A DNA stretch of 64,000 nt from Actinomycetota bacterium (GTDB taxonomy: Bacteria > Actinomycetota > Aquicultoria > SURF-47), in NCBI GenBank assembly GCA_003599235.1, contig QZJE01000002.1, positions 9,260-73,259 on the forward strand, given 5' to 3'. Within the stretch, counting starts at the first letter, position 1. Each line of letters opens with the position of its first letter. This document shows positions 49,618-58,478 of the stretch, in pieces. The position numbers and the translations under genes are program-made. The notes beneath the pieces are model-generated. The model had not been told where the DNA came from and made no database searches. It was given only the letters and a program-made list of their open reading frames with translations.

Positions 49618-50852
49618 AGTTTAGTAACTATTTTATTCCTACCTTAAAAGAAGCACCCTCTGAGGCTGAAATTGCCAGTCATAAGTTATTGCTAAGGGCA
49701 GCCATGATAAGAAAAGAAGCAGCTGGAGTTTATTCTTTTCTACCGCTAGGTAAACGAGTTTTAGCTAAAGTTGAGCAAATTGTCCGCGAAGAAATGGATA
49801 GAATTGGCAGCCAGGAGATATTGCTATCGATTTTGCAACCATCTAGCTTGTGGGAGAAAAGCGGGCGATGGCAAGCCTATGGGCCGGAAATGATGCGTCT
49901 TAGCGACCGCTCAGACAGAGAGTTTGCCCTAGGGCCTACTCACGAGGAAATGATAACTGAGCTTGTTCGGAATAATGTGCGATCATACCGTGATTTACCT
50001 TTTACCTTATACCAAATAGGCACGAAGTTTAGAGATGAAATAAGACCCCGTTTCGGCTTAATGAGAGGCCGCGAGTTCATCATGAAGGATGCATATAGTT
50101 TTCATGCCGATACTGATAGCTTAAACAAGACATATAAAGATATGAGTGGTGCTTACGGAAAGATTGTTGAGCGGTGTGGCCTAAAGTACCGTCATGTAGA
50201 AGCAGATTCGGGCCTTATCGGCGGCGAAGTCTCAGAAGAGTTTATGGTGCTTGCTTCAAGCGGAGAGGACATGATTATTTTCTGTGGAGCCTGTGGTTAC
50301 GCAGCCAATATCGAGCAGGCTAAGGAAGGCGATAATTGCCCACGCTGCAGTGGTAGCACAGAGACAACCAGAGGCATAGAAATAGGCCACATTTTTCAGT
50401 TAGGCACAAAGTACTCAGAGGCTATGGGGGCTACCTATATTGACAAGGGCGGTAAATCACTTCCCATAGTTATGGGATGCTATGGCATCGGGGTTACCCG
50501 TCTAATGGCAGCAGCCGTAGAGCAAAACAATGATGAAAAGGGCATCATTTGGCCAAGAAACTTAAGCCCATTTGTTGTCAGTATTATTCAGCTGGATATG
50601 GAATCAAAAGAACTAACAAAGATGGCTGACAAGGTTTACGAATTACTATCAAAAGCCGGTATTGAAACGATATATGACGATCGCCAGGAACGGCCTGGTG
50701 TAAAGTTTGCCGATAGCGACCTAATCGGCTTTCCGTATCAAGTAGTAATCGGCAAAAAAGCTGCCAGCCAAGGCAAGGTTGAATTAAAAACCAGAGCTAA
50801 CCAGAAAGTAGAGCTAGTTAACCTTGACGAACTCATCAAACATATTAGCTAA
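49614..50852 (+). CDS. proS: Prolyl-tRNA synthetase, short form lacking the INS editing domain
   Basis: LGPTHEE, FRDE.RPRFG.MR.REF.MKD.YSF, E.GHIFQLG, MGCYGIG. Confidence 0.96.
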   Translation: MKFSNYFIPTLKEAPSEAEIASHKLLLRAAMIRKEAAGVYSFLPLGKRVLAKVEQIVREEMDRIGSQEILLSILQPSSLWEKSGRWQAYGPEMMRLSDRSDREFALGPTHEEMITELVRNNVRSYRDLPFTLYQIGTKFRDEIRPRFGLMRGREFIMKDAYSFHADTDSLNKTYKDMSGAYGKIVERCGLKYRHVEADSGLIGGEVSEEFMVLASSGEDMIIFCGACGYAANIEQAKEGDNCPRCSGSTETTRGIEIGHIFQLGTKYSEAMGATYIDKGGKSLPIVMGCYGIGVTRLMAAAVEQNNDEKGIIWPRNLSPFVVSIIQLDMESKELTKMADKVYELLSKAGIETIYDDRQERPGVKFADSDLIGFPYQVVIGKKAASQGKVELKTRANQKVELVNLDELIKHIS

Positions 50853-51501
50853 ACCCACAATTTCTGTTATTATTGCCGCCTACAATGAAGAAAGCCGGAT
50901 TGGCACTGTCCTTGATGCAGTAACTTGTTCAGCATTAATTAGCCAAATTATCGTGGTTAATGATGGCTCAAAAGATAAAACTGCTGATGAGGCAACAAGG
51001 CCCGGAGTTAATGTTTTAACCCTTGAGAAAAACAGAGGCAAGGGAGCAGCGTTAATTGAAGGGATTAATCAAACAAAAGACAGTGATATTTTGCTTTTTT
51101 TAGACGCCGACTTAGTGGGATTTAAATCAGAACATATAAGCATACTTGTAGAGCCTTTAATAAAAGACAAAGAGGTGGTCATGACTGTGGGTAAGTTTAC
51201 AGGGGGGCGCAAATCTACAGATTTAGCACAATTTTTAGTTCCTAATATTTCCGGGCAACGAGCTATCAGGGGTGATGTAATTGCCAAAATGCCCGATTTA
51301 TCTGCAGACGGCTATGGAGCTGAAGTAGCAATCACCAGATACATTAAAAACAACGGCCTGAAGTTTGTTGAAGTGCCGCTAAAAAATGTAAGCCAGGTAA
51401 TGAAGGAAGAAAAGCTGGGCCTTGTTAAGGGGCTAGCTTCTAGGATAAGGATGTATTATCAGATGACGAGAACTTTCATTAGGTCACACTTTAGATTATA
51501 A
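50824..51501 (+). CDS. Family 2 glycosyltransferase
   Basis: IIAAYNE, VNDGS.D, N.GKG, FLDADL, SGQRA. Confidence 0.88.
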   Translation: MTNSSNILAKPTISVIIAAYNEESRIGTVLDAVTCSALISQIIVVNDGSKDKTADEATRPGVNVLTLEKNRGKGAALIEGINQTKDSDILLFLDADLVGFKSEHISILVEPLIKDKEVVMTVGKFTGGRKSTDLAQFLVPNISGQRAIRGDVIAKMPDLSADGYGAEVAITRYIKNNGLKFVEVPLKNVSQVMKEEKLGLVKGLASRIRMYYQMTRTFIRSHFRL

Positions 51502-51557
51502 TTCGATCTAGATTATTGAAGTTATTGTAGTTTCTGTGATATATTAACATAACTAGC

Positions 51558-51580
51558 AAGAGTGGGTAAATCCCACTCTT
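51558..51580 (+). promoter_or_regulatory. rimP-leader-like hairpin upstream of nusA
   Basis: AAGAGTGGG-TAAAT-CCCACTCTT following a TGn-TATATT -10. Confidence 0.6.
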
Positions 51581-51666
51581 TCTTATTTAATTGGGTATTA
51601 TGAGCAGGCAAAACAAAGCGCTTGAGTAGGAAACAGATAGCAAGTGGGTTTAAAAGGAAGGCAGAA

Positions 51667-52719
51667 GTGAATATCGAGTTAATTGATGCTTTAAAAGCAT
51701 TGCAACAAGAAAAAAATATTAACCCTGACGAAATAATCGAGGCTTTAGAGCAAGCCCTGGTTTCTGCTTACCGCAAAAACTATCACATTGAAGAAGAGAC
51801 TGGGGTAAGGGTAGAAGTAAATCCTTCCGATGGGAATATAAAGGTTTTTACCACCGAAGAGGGACAGAAAGAAAAAGAGGTAACTCCGGAAAACTTTGGC
51901 AGAATAGCTGCTCAAACCGCTAAGCAAGTCGTTTTGCAACGCATACGTGATGTCGAACGGGGCATTATGTATGAGGAATATCACGACCGCGAAGGAGATA
52001 TTGTAACCGGTATCGTTCAGCAAAGCGATCCTCGTTATATTCTTATTAGTTTGGGCAAGGTTGAGGCTTTACTGCCTCCTTCGGAGCAAGTGTCGACAGA
52101 AAAATACCGTCATGGAACTAGGCTTAAAGCCTATATCGTAGAAGTTAGAAAAACATCAAGGGATCCCCAAATTGTTGTATCCAGAAATCATCCGGGATTA
52201 CTCAAGAGATTATTTGAGCTAGAAGTGCCAGAAATCACAGACGGTTTTGTAGAAATTAAATCAGTAGCCAGGGAAGCCGGTTCTCGTTCTAAAATCGCTG
52301 TTTGGGCTAACGATAGCAACATTGACCCAGTTGGTGCTTGTGTGGGCCCCAGGGGTTCTAGGGTGCGCATGGTTGTAAGTGAGCTTTGGGGAGAAAAAAT
52401 TGATGTTGTGCATTTTAGTGAAGATATTGGCGAGTTTGTAGCTAACTCACTTAGCCCTGCTAAAGTTAAGGAAGTAAATGTAGATGGGGATGAACATTCA
52501 GCAGAAGTGATAGTGCCAGATAATCAGCTTTCATTAGCTATTGGCAAGGAAGGGCAAAACGCAAGGCTAGCGGCTAAACTTACAGGTTGGAGAATCGATA
52601 TTAAAAGTGAGACCCAGATACAAGAGGGAGAAGATGGTGTAAGCCATGCACCCGTGGAAGAAGAAGGCCAAGAAGCAATAGAGGAAACAACTGAAGATGA
52701 CGATAAGTTAAATGGCTAG
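51667..52719 (+). CDS. nusA: Transcription factor NusA
   Basis: [42 protein letters not shown]; GTG start. Confidence 0.97.
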   Translation: MNIELIDALKALQQEKNINPDEIIEALEQALVSAYRKNYHIEEETGVRVEVNPSDGNIKVFTTEEGQKEKEVTPENFGRIAAQTAKQVVLQRIRDVERGIMYEEYHDREGDIVTGIVQQSDPRYILISLGKVEALLPPSEQVSTEKYRHGTRLKAYIVEVRKTSRDPQIVVSRNHPGLLKRLFELEVPEITDGFVEIKSVAREAGSRSKIAVWANDSNIDPVGACVGPRGSRVRMVVSELWGEKIDVVHFSEDIGEFVANSLSPAKVKEVNVDGDEHSAEVIVPDNQLSLAIGKEGQNARLAAKLTGWRIDIKSETQIQEGEDGVSHAPVEEEGQEAIEETTEDDDKLNG

Positions 52720-53023
52720 CAAGAAACAACCGGCCAGGACATGCCTGGGTTGCCGTAGCGTTAAAGAAAAACAAGAACTGATAAGGATTGTAAGGATAGA
52801 AGATAGGGCCGAGGTAGATCCTAGCGGCAAGAAGACGGGACGGGGAGCTTATGTTTGCTTAGAGGATATGTGCTTAGAAAGTGCTATTAAGGGTTCTCAG
52901 ATAAACAAAGCTCTAAAGATTGATTTAGATAAAGAGCAATTAAATAGTTTAAAGATTAAAATTAAAAATTATGCCAAAGAAAGTACACGAGATAGCCAAG
53001 GAAAAAGGAATAAAGAGTGCTGA
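52712..53023 (+). CDS. ylxR: YlxR/RnpM family RNA-binding protein
   Basis: P.RTC.GC, L.RIV, GRGAY.C. Confidence 0.9.
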   Translation: MASKKQPARTCLGCRSVKEKQELIRIVRIEDRAEVDPSGKKTGRGAYVCLEDMCLESAIKGSQINKALKIDLDKEQLNSLKIKIKNYAKESTRDSQGKRNKEC

Positions 53024-55028
53024 GCTGATAGAGATGCTCAAAAAAGCCGGCATAGAGGTTAAAAGCCATATGTCGAGCTTAACTGATGAGCAGCTAAAAG
53101 AGGCAGAAAAGGCACTAAAGGCAGCAGAGGCAACAAAGGAAGAAAAGAAAGAAGAAGCAAAAGAAGTAAAAACTCAAGAAAAAGAGAAAGTACCTGCTAA
53201 AAAACCGCAAGTAGAAGTAGTCACAGAACAACCTCCAGAAAGTCCCAAGGAAGAAACTCCAAAAGATACTACTGTTGCTAGTAATGAATTAATAGAAATC
53301 CCTGAAGGCTCAACTGTAAAAGAGTTTGCCGAAATAATTAATAAAGAGCCCAATGATATTATAACGTTACTTTTTCAAATGGGTGAGATGGTGACTATCA
53401 CCCAATCCTTAAGTGACGAAGACATCCATATTCTAGCAGATGAAATGGGATTTGATGTTAAAATAGTTAGTCCCCAGGAAGCAGAAGAGGAAGAGGAAGC
53501 ACTGGAAGGGACTCCTGTTATCCGTCCTCCGGTGGTGACGATCATGGGTCACGTCGACCATGGTAAAACCAAGCTACTTGATTCTATTAGAAAAACAAAC
53601 GTAGTTTCAACCGAAGCAGGCGGGATTACCCAGCATATTGGGGCTTACCAAGTAGTAAAAAACGATCGCAAAATAACCTTTATCGATACTCCCGGCCACG
53701 AAGCTTTTACCGCTATGAGGGCCAGGGGGGCTCAAGTAACCGACATTGCCATATTGGTTGTAGCTGCAGATGACGGTGTTAAGCCGCAGACAATAGAAGC
53801 CATTGACCATGCAAGGGCAGCCTCAGTTCCAATAATTGTAGCTATTAACAAAATCGATAAACCCGAAGCAAACATTGATAAGGTACGACAGGAATTAGTT
53901 AAACACGAGCTGACCCCGGAAGAGTGGGGCGGCCAGACAATATTCGTAGACGTTTCTGCTAAAGAAGGAACTAATATCAAAGAGCTACTAGAGATGATTT
54001 TACTGGTAGCCGATGTGGCAGAATTAAAAGCAGTAGCCGAAGGTCATGCAAGAGGAACTGTAATTGAGGCTAAAGTAGATAAAGGCAGGGGTCCGGTAGC
54101 TACGGTTTTAATTCAAGAAGGAACCTTAAAACACAGCCAGCCTTTGGTTGCTGGTGCTGCTTACGGAAAGGTAAGAGCTATTTTTGATGATTTAGGCCGC
54201 AAAGTAAAAGAAGCCGGTCCGTCTCAGCCGGTTGAAATATTAGGTTTTGCCAATGTACCTCATGCCGGAGATATCTTAAAAGTTGTCCACGATGAAAGGG
54301 AAGCCAGAAGCATCGCTGAAAAAAGAGCTCTTAAACAGCGTTTAATTGAAGAGCGGCAAAGAAGTAAGCATTTAACCCTAGAAGATTTACATCTACAGAT
54401 ACAGCAAGGAATGATAAAAGACCTTAATTTAATAGTTAAGGCTGATGTACAAGGCTCAATTGGGGCCTTAAGCGAGGCTTTAGCTAAGATTAAACAAGAA
54501 GAAGTAAAGGTTAAAATTATTCATACCGGGGTTGGAGCTATTACTGAGACAGATGTCATGTTAGCAGCAGCTTCTAATGCTATTGTTGTCGGTTTTAATG
54601 TACGGCCTAGCTTAAAAGCTAAAGAAATGGCCGAGAAAGAAAATGTTGATGTCAGAACGTATAAAATCATATATGAGCTTATAGAAGATATAAATGCTGC
54701 TAGGGTAGGCATGCTTACTCCGGGAATTGAAGAAGTAATCACCGGAGAAGTTGAGGTGCGAGAAACTTTTAAAGTGCCCAAAATTGGTGTTATTGCCGGA
54801 TGTTATGTTAATAGTGGTGAAGTTAACCGCAACTCCTTTATCCGCATTGTTCGGGAAGGTGTAGTTGTTTCTGAGACAAAAATAGCATCACTGAAACGTT
54901 TTAAGAATGACGTAGGTGAGGTTAAAGAGGGCTATGAATGCGGGATTGGCCTTGAAAACTTCCAAGATATTAAAGTAGGCGATATCTTTGAAGTATTTAT
55001 TAAGCAGGAAGTCGCCAGGAGCGAGTAA
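52971..55028 (+). CDS. infB: Translation initiation factor IF-2
   Basis: MGHVDHGKT, DTPGHEAF, NKID, KADVQGS, ECGI. Confidence 0.98.
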   Translation: MPKKVHEIAKEKGIKSAELIEMLKKAGIEVKSHMSSLTDEQLKEAEKALKAAEATKEEKKEEAKEVKTQEKEKVPAKKPQVEVVTEQPPESPKEETPKDTTVASNELIEIPEGSTVKEFAEIINKEPNDIITLLFQMGEMVTITQSLSDEDIHILADEMGFDVKIVSPQEAEEEEEALEGTPVIRPPVVTIMGHVDHGKTKLLDSIRKTNVVSTEAGGITQHIGAYQVVKNDRKITFIDTPGHEAFTAMRARGAQVTDIAILVVAADDGVKPQTIEAIDHARAASVPIIVAINKIDKPEANIDKVRQELVKHELTPEEWGGQTIFVDVSAKEGTNIKELLEMILLVADVAELKAVAEGHARGTVIEAKVDKGRGPVATVLIQEGTLKHSQPLVAGAAYGKVRAIFDDLGRKVKEAGPSQPVEILGFANVPHAGDILKVVHDEREARSIAEKRALKQRLIEERQRSKHLTLEDLHLQIQQGMIKDLNLIVKADVQGSIGALSEALAKIKQEEVKVKIIHTGVGAITETDVMLAAASNAIVVGFNVRPSLKAKEMAEKENVDVRTYKIIYELIEDINAARVGMLTPGIEEVITGEVEVRETFKVPKIGVIAGCYVNSGEVNRNSFIRIVREGVVVSETKIASLKRFKNDVGEVKEGYECGIGLENFQDIKVGDIFEVFIKQEVARSE

Positions 55029-55054
55029 TGGCGCTAGCTGGAAATATTTAAGTA

Positions 55055-56344
55055 ATGAGCAACAGGCCGCAAAAAGTCGCTGATGCGATCCAGGAACTAT
55101 TAGGGGATGTCTTAGAAAAACAAATTCAAGACCCCCGCTTGGAGTTATTAAGTATTACCCATGTCGATATCACTTCTGATTTGCGTTATGCTACTCTATA
55201 TTGGACATCCCTTAAGAAAAATCCAAAGTCAGTAAGTGCTGGCTTATCTAAAGCAAAAGGCTTGTTTAAAAGGGAGATTGGTCGTCAATTTAGGCTGAAA
55301 TACGTTCCTGAGTTAATATTTAAAGAAGATGAGAGCACAAGAGAAGGCATGAAGATTGATAAGATAATTAAAGGGTTGAAGGAGACTATCAAACAACAAA
55401 TTGCTAAAGTAATTAAAGAAAATGATAATTTCGTAGTAGCTTCGCATGTAGGCCCAGACGGGGATTCATTAGGCTCCACAGTGGCACTAGGGCTAATTTT
55501 AGATAAACTTGGTAAAAAATACTGTTTGTCTTTTGGAGATACCAAGGTTGATATTCCTCCCCAATACCGGTTTTTGCCAAAAATAGAGAAACTCAAACCA
55601 TATAAAGAGTGCAAGGTTTGTGATGTATTAATTGTTTTAGAATGTCCCTCTATCAATAGAATGGGTGGTAGCAGCAAACTTCTAAATAAAGCTAAAACGG
55701 TCATTAATATCGATCATCACGGAGACAATAATAAATACGGAGATTTAGTGTGGGTTAAGCCTGAAAAATCTTCCACAGCAGAAATAATATATGACCTTTC
55801 CGGGGAATTTGATGTTGGAATAGACCTCGATATTGCTACCAATCTATATACCGGCCTGGTTACAGATACCGGCCGCTTTCAGTATAGCAACACAGAAGCT
55901 ACCTCGTTTCAAATGGCTAAAGAATTGCTCGAAGCGGGTGTTGATATTAAGCAAATCTTTGAAGAAGTATATGAAAGTCATTCTTATCGCAGCGCAGTTC
56001 TTTTAGGACAGATGCTATCCAGGGCGGCATTTATTAATCAACATAACCTTGTTTATAGCAGTGTGAGCGCTGAGGATTTTTTATTATCAAAGGCCTCTGT
56101 TGGCGAGATCGAGCACTTTATTGATTTACTAAGAAGCATACATGGGGTAGAAATAGCGGTGCTATTCAAAGAGGTATCAACCGGCGACATAAAGGTAAGC
56201 ATGCGCTCAAAGGGTGGGGTCAACGTTGCCAAGATATGTGAGCACTTTGGAGGCGGAGGCCATGCTTCGGCAGCCGGATACAGCACTGCTAAATCCCTTA
56301 ATGAAGCCATTAAAAGTCTACTTGATTACTTAAATGAGCTTTAA
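55055..56344 (+). CDS. rbfA: RbfA fused to DHH/DHHA1 (NrnA-like) phosphoesterase
   Basis: N-terminal DPRL..ITHV....DL..A, YVPEL.F; then H..PDGD, IDHH, TDTG.F, GGGH..AAG. Confidence 0.9.
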   Translation: MSNRPQKVADAIQELLGDVLEKQIQDPRLELLSITHVDITSDLRYATLYWTSLKKNPKSVSAGLSKAKGLFKREIGRQFRLKYVPELIFKEDESTREGMKIDKIIKGLKETIKQQIAKVIKENDNFVVASHVGPDGDSLGSTVALGLILDKLGKKYCLSFGDTKVDIPPQYRFLPKIEKLKPYKECKVCDVLIVLECPSINRMGGSSKLLNKAKTVINIDHHGDNNKYGDLVWVKPEKSSTAEIIYDLSGEFDVGIDLDIATNLYTGLVTDTGRFQYSNTEATSFQMAKELLEAGVDIKQIFEEVYESHSYRSAVLLGQMLSRAAFINQHNLVYSSVSAEDFLLSKASVGEIEHFIDLLRSIHGVEIAVLFKEVSTGDIKVSMRSKGGVNVAKICEHFGGGGHASAAGYSTAKSLNEAIKSLLDYLNEL

Positions 56345-57020
56345 TGGGATTTTATTAATAGACAAACCAGCAGGAATTACCTCGCATGATGTAATATACA
56401 AGTTGCGTAAAATTACCGGCATAAAGCGCATTGGTCACACTGGGACTCTCGACCCAATGGCTATCGGCTTATTAGTTATATTGGTGGGCAGTGCTACTAA
56501 GTCTGCAAGCCAATATACAAACGCAGACAAAGAATATCATGCAGAAATGGTTATTGGAATTGATACCGATACACAGGATAGACAGGGAAAGATAGTTTCA
56601 ACCAAAGATGCAAGTGGTTTAGATAAAAAAAGGATTTATAGATCAATAAAACGGTTTACAAAAGAGATAGAACAATATCCCCCGATGTACTCAGCTGTTA
56701 AGATAGGCGGGAAAAAGCTATATCAATTAGCAAGGCAAGGCAAGATTGTAAAAAGAGACCCAAGAAAAATTATAATATATAACATCGAGGTTAAATCGAT
56801 TAGGCTGGGGAAATACCCTGTTGTAGAATTTAGCGTAGCTTGCTCGAAAGGAACATATATCCGGACCCTTTGCCATGATATAGGAAAGGATTTAGGCTAT
56901 GGTGCACATTTAAGTGCTTTAAAGAGAACGAAAGTCGGCAATTTTAGCCTAGAAAATGCAGTAACTATAAAATGGTTGGAAAACAACAACCCCCAGGAGG
57001 CAGTGTGCCTACCAATGTAA
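56334..57020 (+). CDS. truB: tRNA pseudouridine-55 synthase (short)
   Basis: DKP.G.TSHD, GHTGTLDP.A, PP.YSA.K, CSKGTYIR. Confidence 0.96.
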   Translation: MSFNGILLIDKPAGITSHDVIYKLRKITGIKRIGHTGTLDPMAIGLLVILVGSATKSASQYTNADKEYHAEMVIGIDTDTQDRQGKIVSTKDASGLDKKRIYRSIKRFTKEIEQYPPMYSAVKIGGKKLYQLARQGKIVKRDPRKIIIYNIEVKSIRLGKYPVVEFSVACSKGTYIRTLCHDIGKDLGYGAHLSALKRTKVGNFSLENAVTIKWLENNNPQEAVCLPM

Positions 57021-57922
57021 TATATGGTCTTAATAATTTACCGGAGTTAAAGGCCTGTAGCTCCTGTACAATTGGTGTCTTTGACGGTGTGCATAAGGGC
57101 CACCAAAAAATCATCAGAAAAACAATTGATTTAGCTAAAAAAAACGGTTGTTCTTCAGTAGTTATCACCTTTGACCCTCATCCAAGTGCAGTAATTAATC
57201 CGGACTACCATCCGACGATACTTACGGGTATAAACCTTAAAATTGATCTTATCTTAGGCCTTGGGGTTGATTATATTATAGTGATTGACTTCGATAAGGA
57301 TTTTGCTGATATTACTCCAAATCAATTTTTAGAAAAAATTCTACATCAAAAACTAAAAGTTAAAGCCATCGTAGAAGGAGAGGGATTCCGCTTTGGCAAA
57401 GACGCCATGGGAGATGTCGAATTATTAGAGTGGTTTTGCAAGCAAAATGACATCGAATTAAGTATTGTTCCTCTTTGCTACACAGCTGATGGTTTAAAGA
57501 TAAGCAGTACAAGGATAAGACATTTGCTAAAAGAAGGAGCGATACAGCAAACAAAAGAAATACTCGGACATTATCCTATGATTATGGGAAAGGTTGTGAA
57601 AGGAGGTGGACGGGGAGGCTTAACAGGTTTTCATACGGCTAATATAGAAACTTCACAGAAATCGTCCGTTCCTAAAGAAGGAGTCTATGCCGGCAATATC
57701 ATTATCGATAACAAAAAGAAACCAGCGGTAATAAATATAGGGCCAGCGCCCACTTTTGGAGTAAAAAAACACTCTATCGAAGCCCACATCCTTAACTTCA
57801 AAGGAGACCTATATCACCAAGAGGTTGAGCTAGAAGTAAGGCAGAGGATTAGAGATATCAAAGAGTTCTCCACCCCAGCCAAGCTTACCAAGCAAATAAA
57901 AAAGGATATTAAAAAAGTGTAG
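57005..57922 (+). CDS. ribF: Riboflavin kinase/FAD synthetase
   Basis: G.FDGVH.GH, TFDPHP, ISST.IR, GF.TAN, EAHI; GTG after GGAGG. Confidence 0.95.
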   Translation: MPTNVIYGLNNLPELKACSSCTIGVFDGVHKGHQKIIRKTIDLAKKNGCSSVVITFDPHPSAVINPDYHPTILTGINLKIDLILGLGVDYIIVIDFDKDFADITPNQFLEKILHQKLKVKAIVEGEGFRFGKDAMGDVELLEWFCKQNDIELSIVPLCYTADGLKISSTRIRHLLKEGAIQQTKEILGHYPMIMGKVVKGGGRGGLTGFHTANIETSQKSSVPKEGVYAGNIIIDNKKKPAVINIGPAPTFGVKKHSIEAHILNFKGDLYHQEVELEVRQRIRDIKEFSTPAKLTKQIKKDIKKV

Positions 57923-57987
57923 GGGCACACCCCTGCGTTTGCCCATTTCATAAAATTTATTGGGCAGGCACGTGGGCCTGCCCCTAC
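57919..57987. repeat. Inverted REP-like doublet GTAGGGGC...GCCCCTAC
   Basis: Two GC hairpins separated by an AT spacer; supplies the ribF TAG. Confidence 0.8.
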
Positions 57988-58039
57988 TAATATTTAATAA
58001 ATATAATATCTGTGGTATTATTTGTTTTCTGTTTAATTT

Positions 58040-58090
58040 CCTTAACTAGGACAGTTGAGTAGCGCCGACGCTGCCTTGGTTATAGGAGTA
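58040..58090 (+). ncRNA. Putative S15 (rpsO) leader
   Basis: AACTAGG.CAG...CTG.CTTGGTT stem with inner GTTGA/CCGAC just upstream of rpsO. Confidence 0.5.
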
Positions 58091-58109
58091 CTATTTAGAG
58101 GAGGTGCAA

Positions 58110-58364
58110 ATGGATAAGTCGAAGATTATCAGTAAGTATGCTTCTAGCGACAAAGATACCGGCAGTCCACAAGTCCAAATAGCTATTCTTACAGAACGAA
58201 TTAACAGTCTTACCGAGCATTTAAAGATTCACACAAAAGACCATCATTCCCGTCGTGGACTGCTAAAACTAGTAGGAAAAAGAAGGGGTCTCTTGGGTTA
58301 TCTTTATAAAAAAGATATCGAGAGCTATAGAAAGATTATTAAAGAACTTAAAATTAGGGGTTAG
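58110..58364 (+). CDS. rpsO: 30S ribosomal protein S15
   Basis: [22 protein letters not shown]. Confidence 0.98.
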   Translation: MDKSKIISKYASSDKDTGSPQVQIAILTERINSLTEHLKIHTKDHHSRRGLLKLVGKRRGLLGYLYKKDIESYRKIIKELKIRG

Positions 58365-58440
58365 AGAGTTAGAGAATTAGTTGTTAGGTAAATTAAAAAC
58401 CTAAAACTCTAACAGTGTAATGCTCTAACACTCTTAATCA
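58354..58440. repeat. Inverted pair of octamer arrays (TTAGAGAG / CTCTAACA)
   Basis: Same unit as 20802-20881 plus a reverse-complement arm. Confidence 0.7.
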
Positions 58441-58478
58441 CACAGTGGGGACTGTCCCCGAAGAAGAGGTAAAAAATT

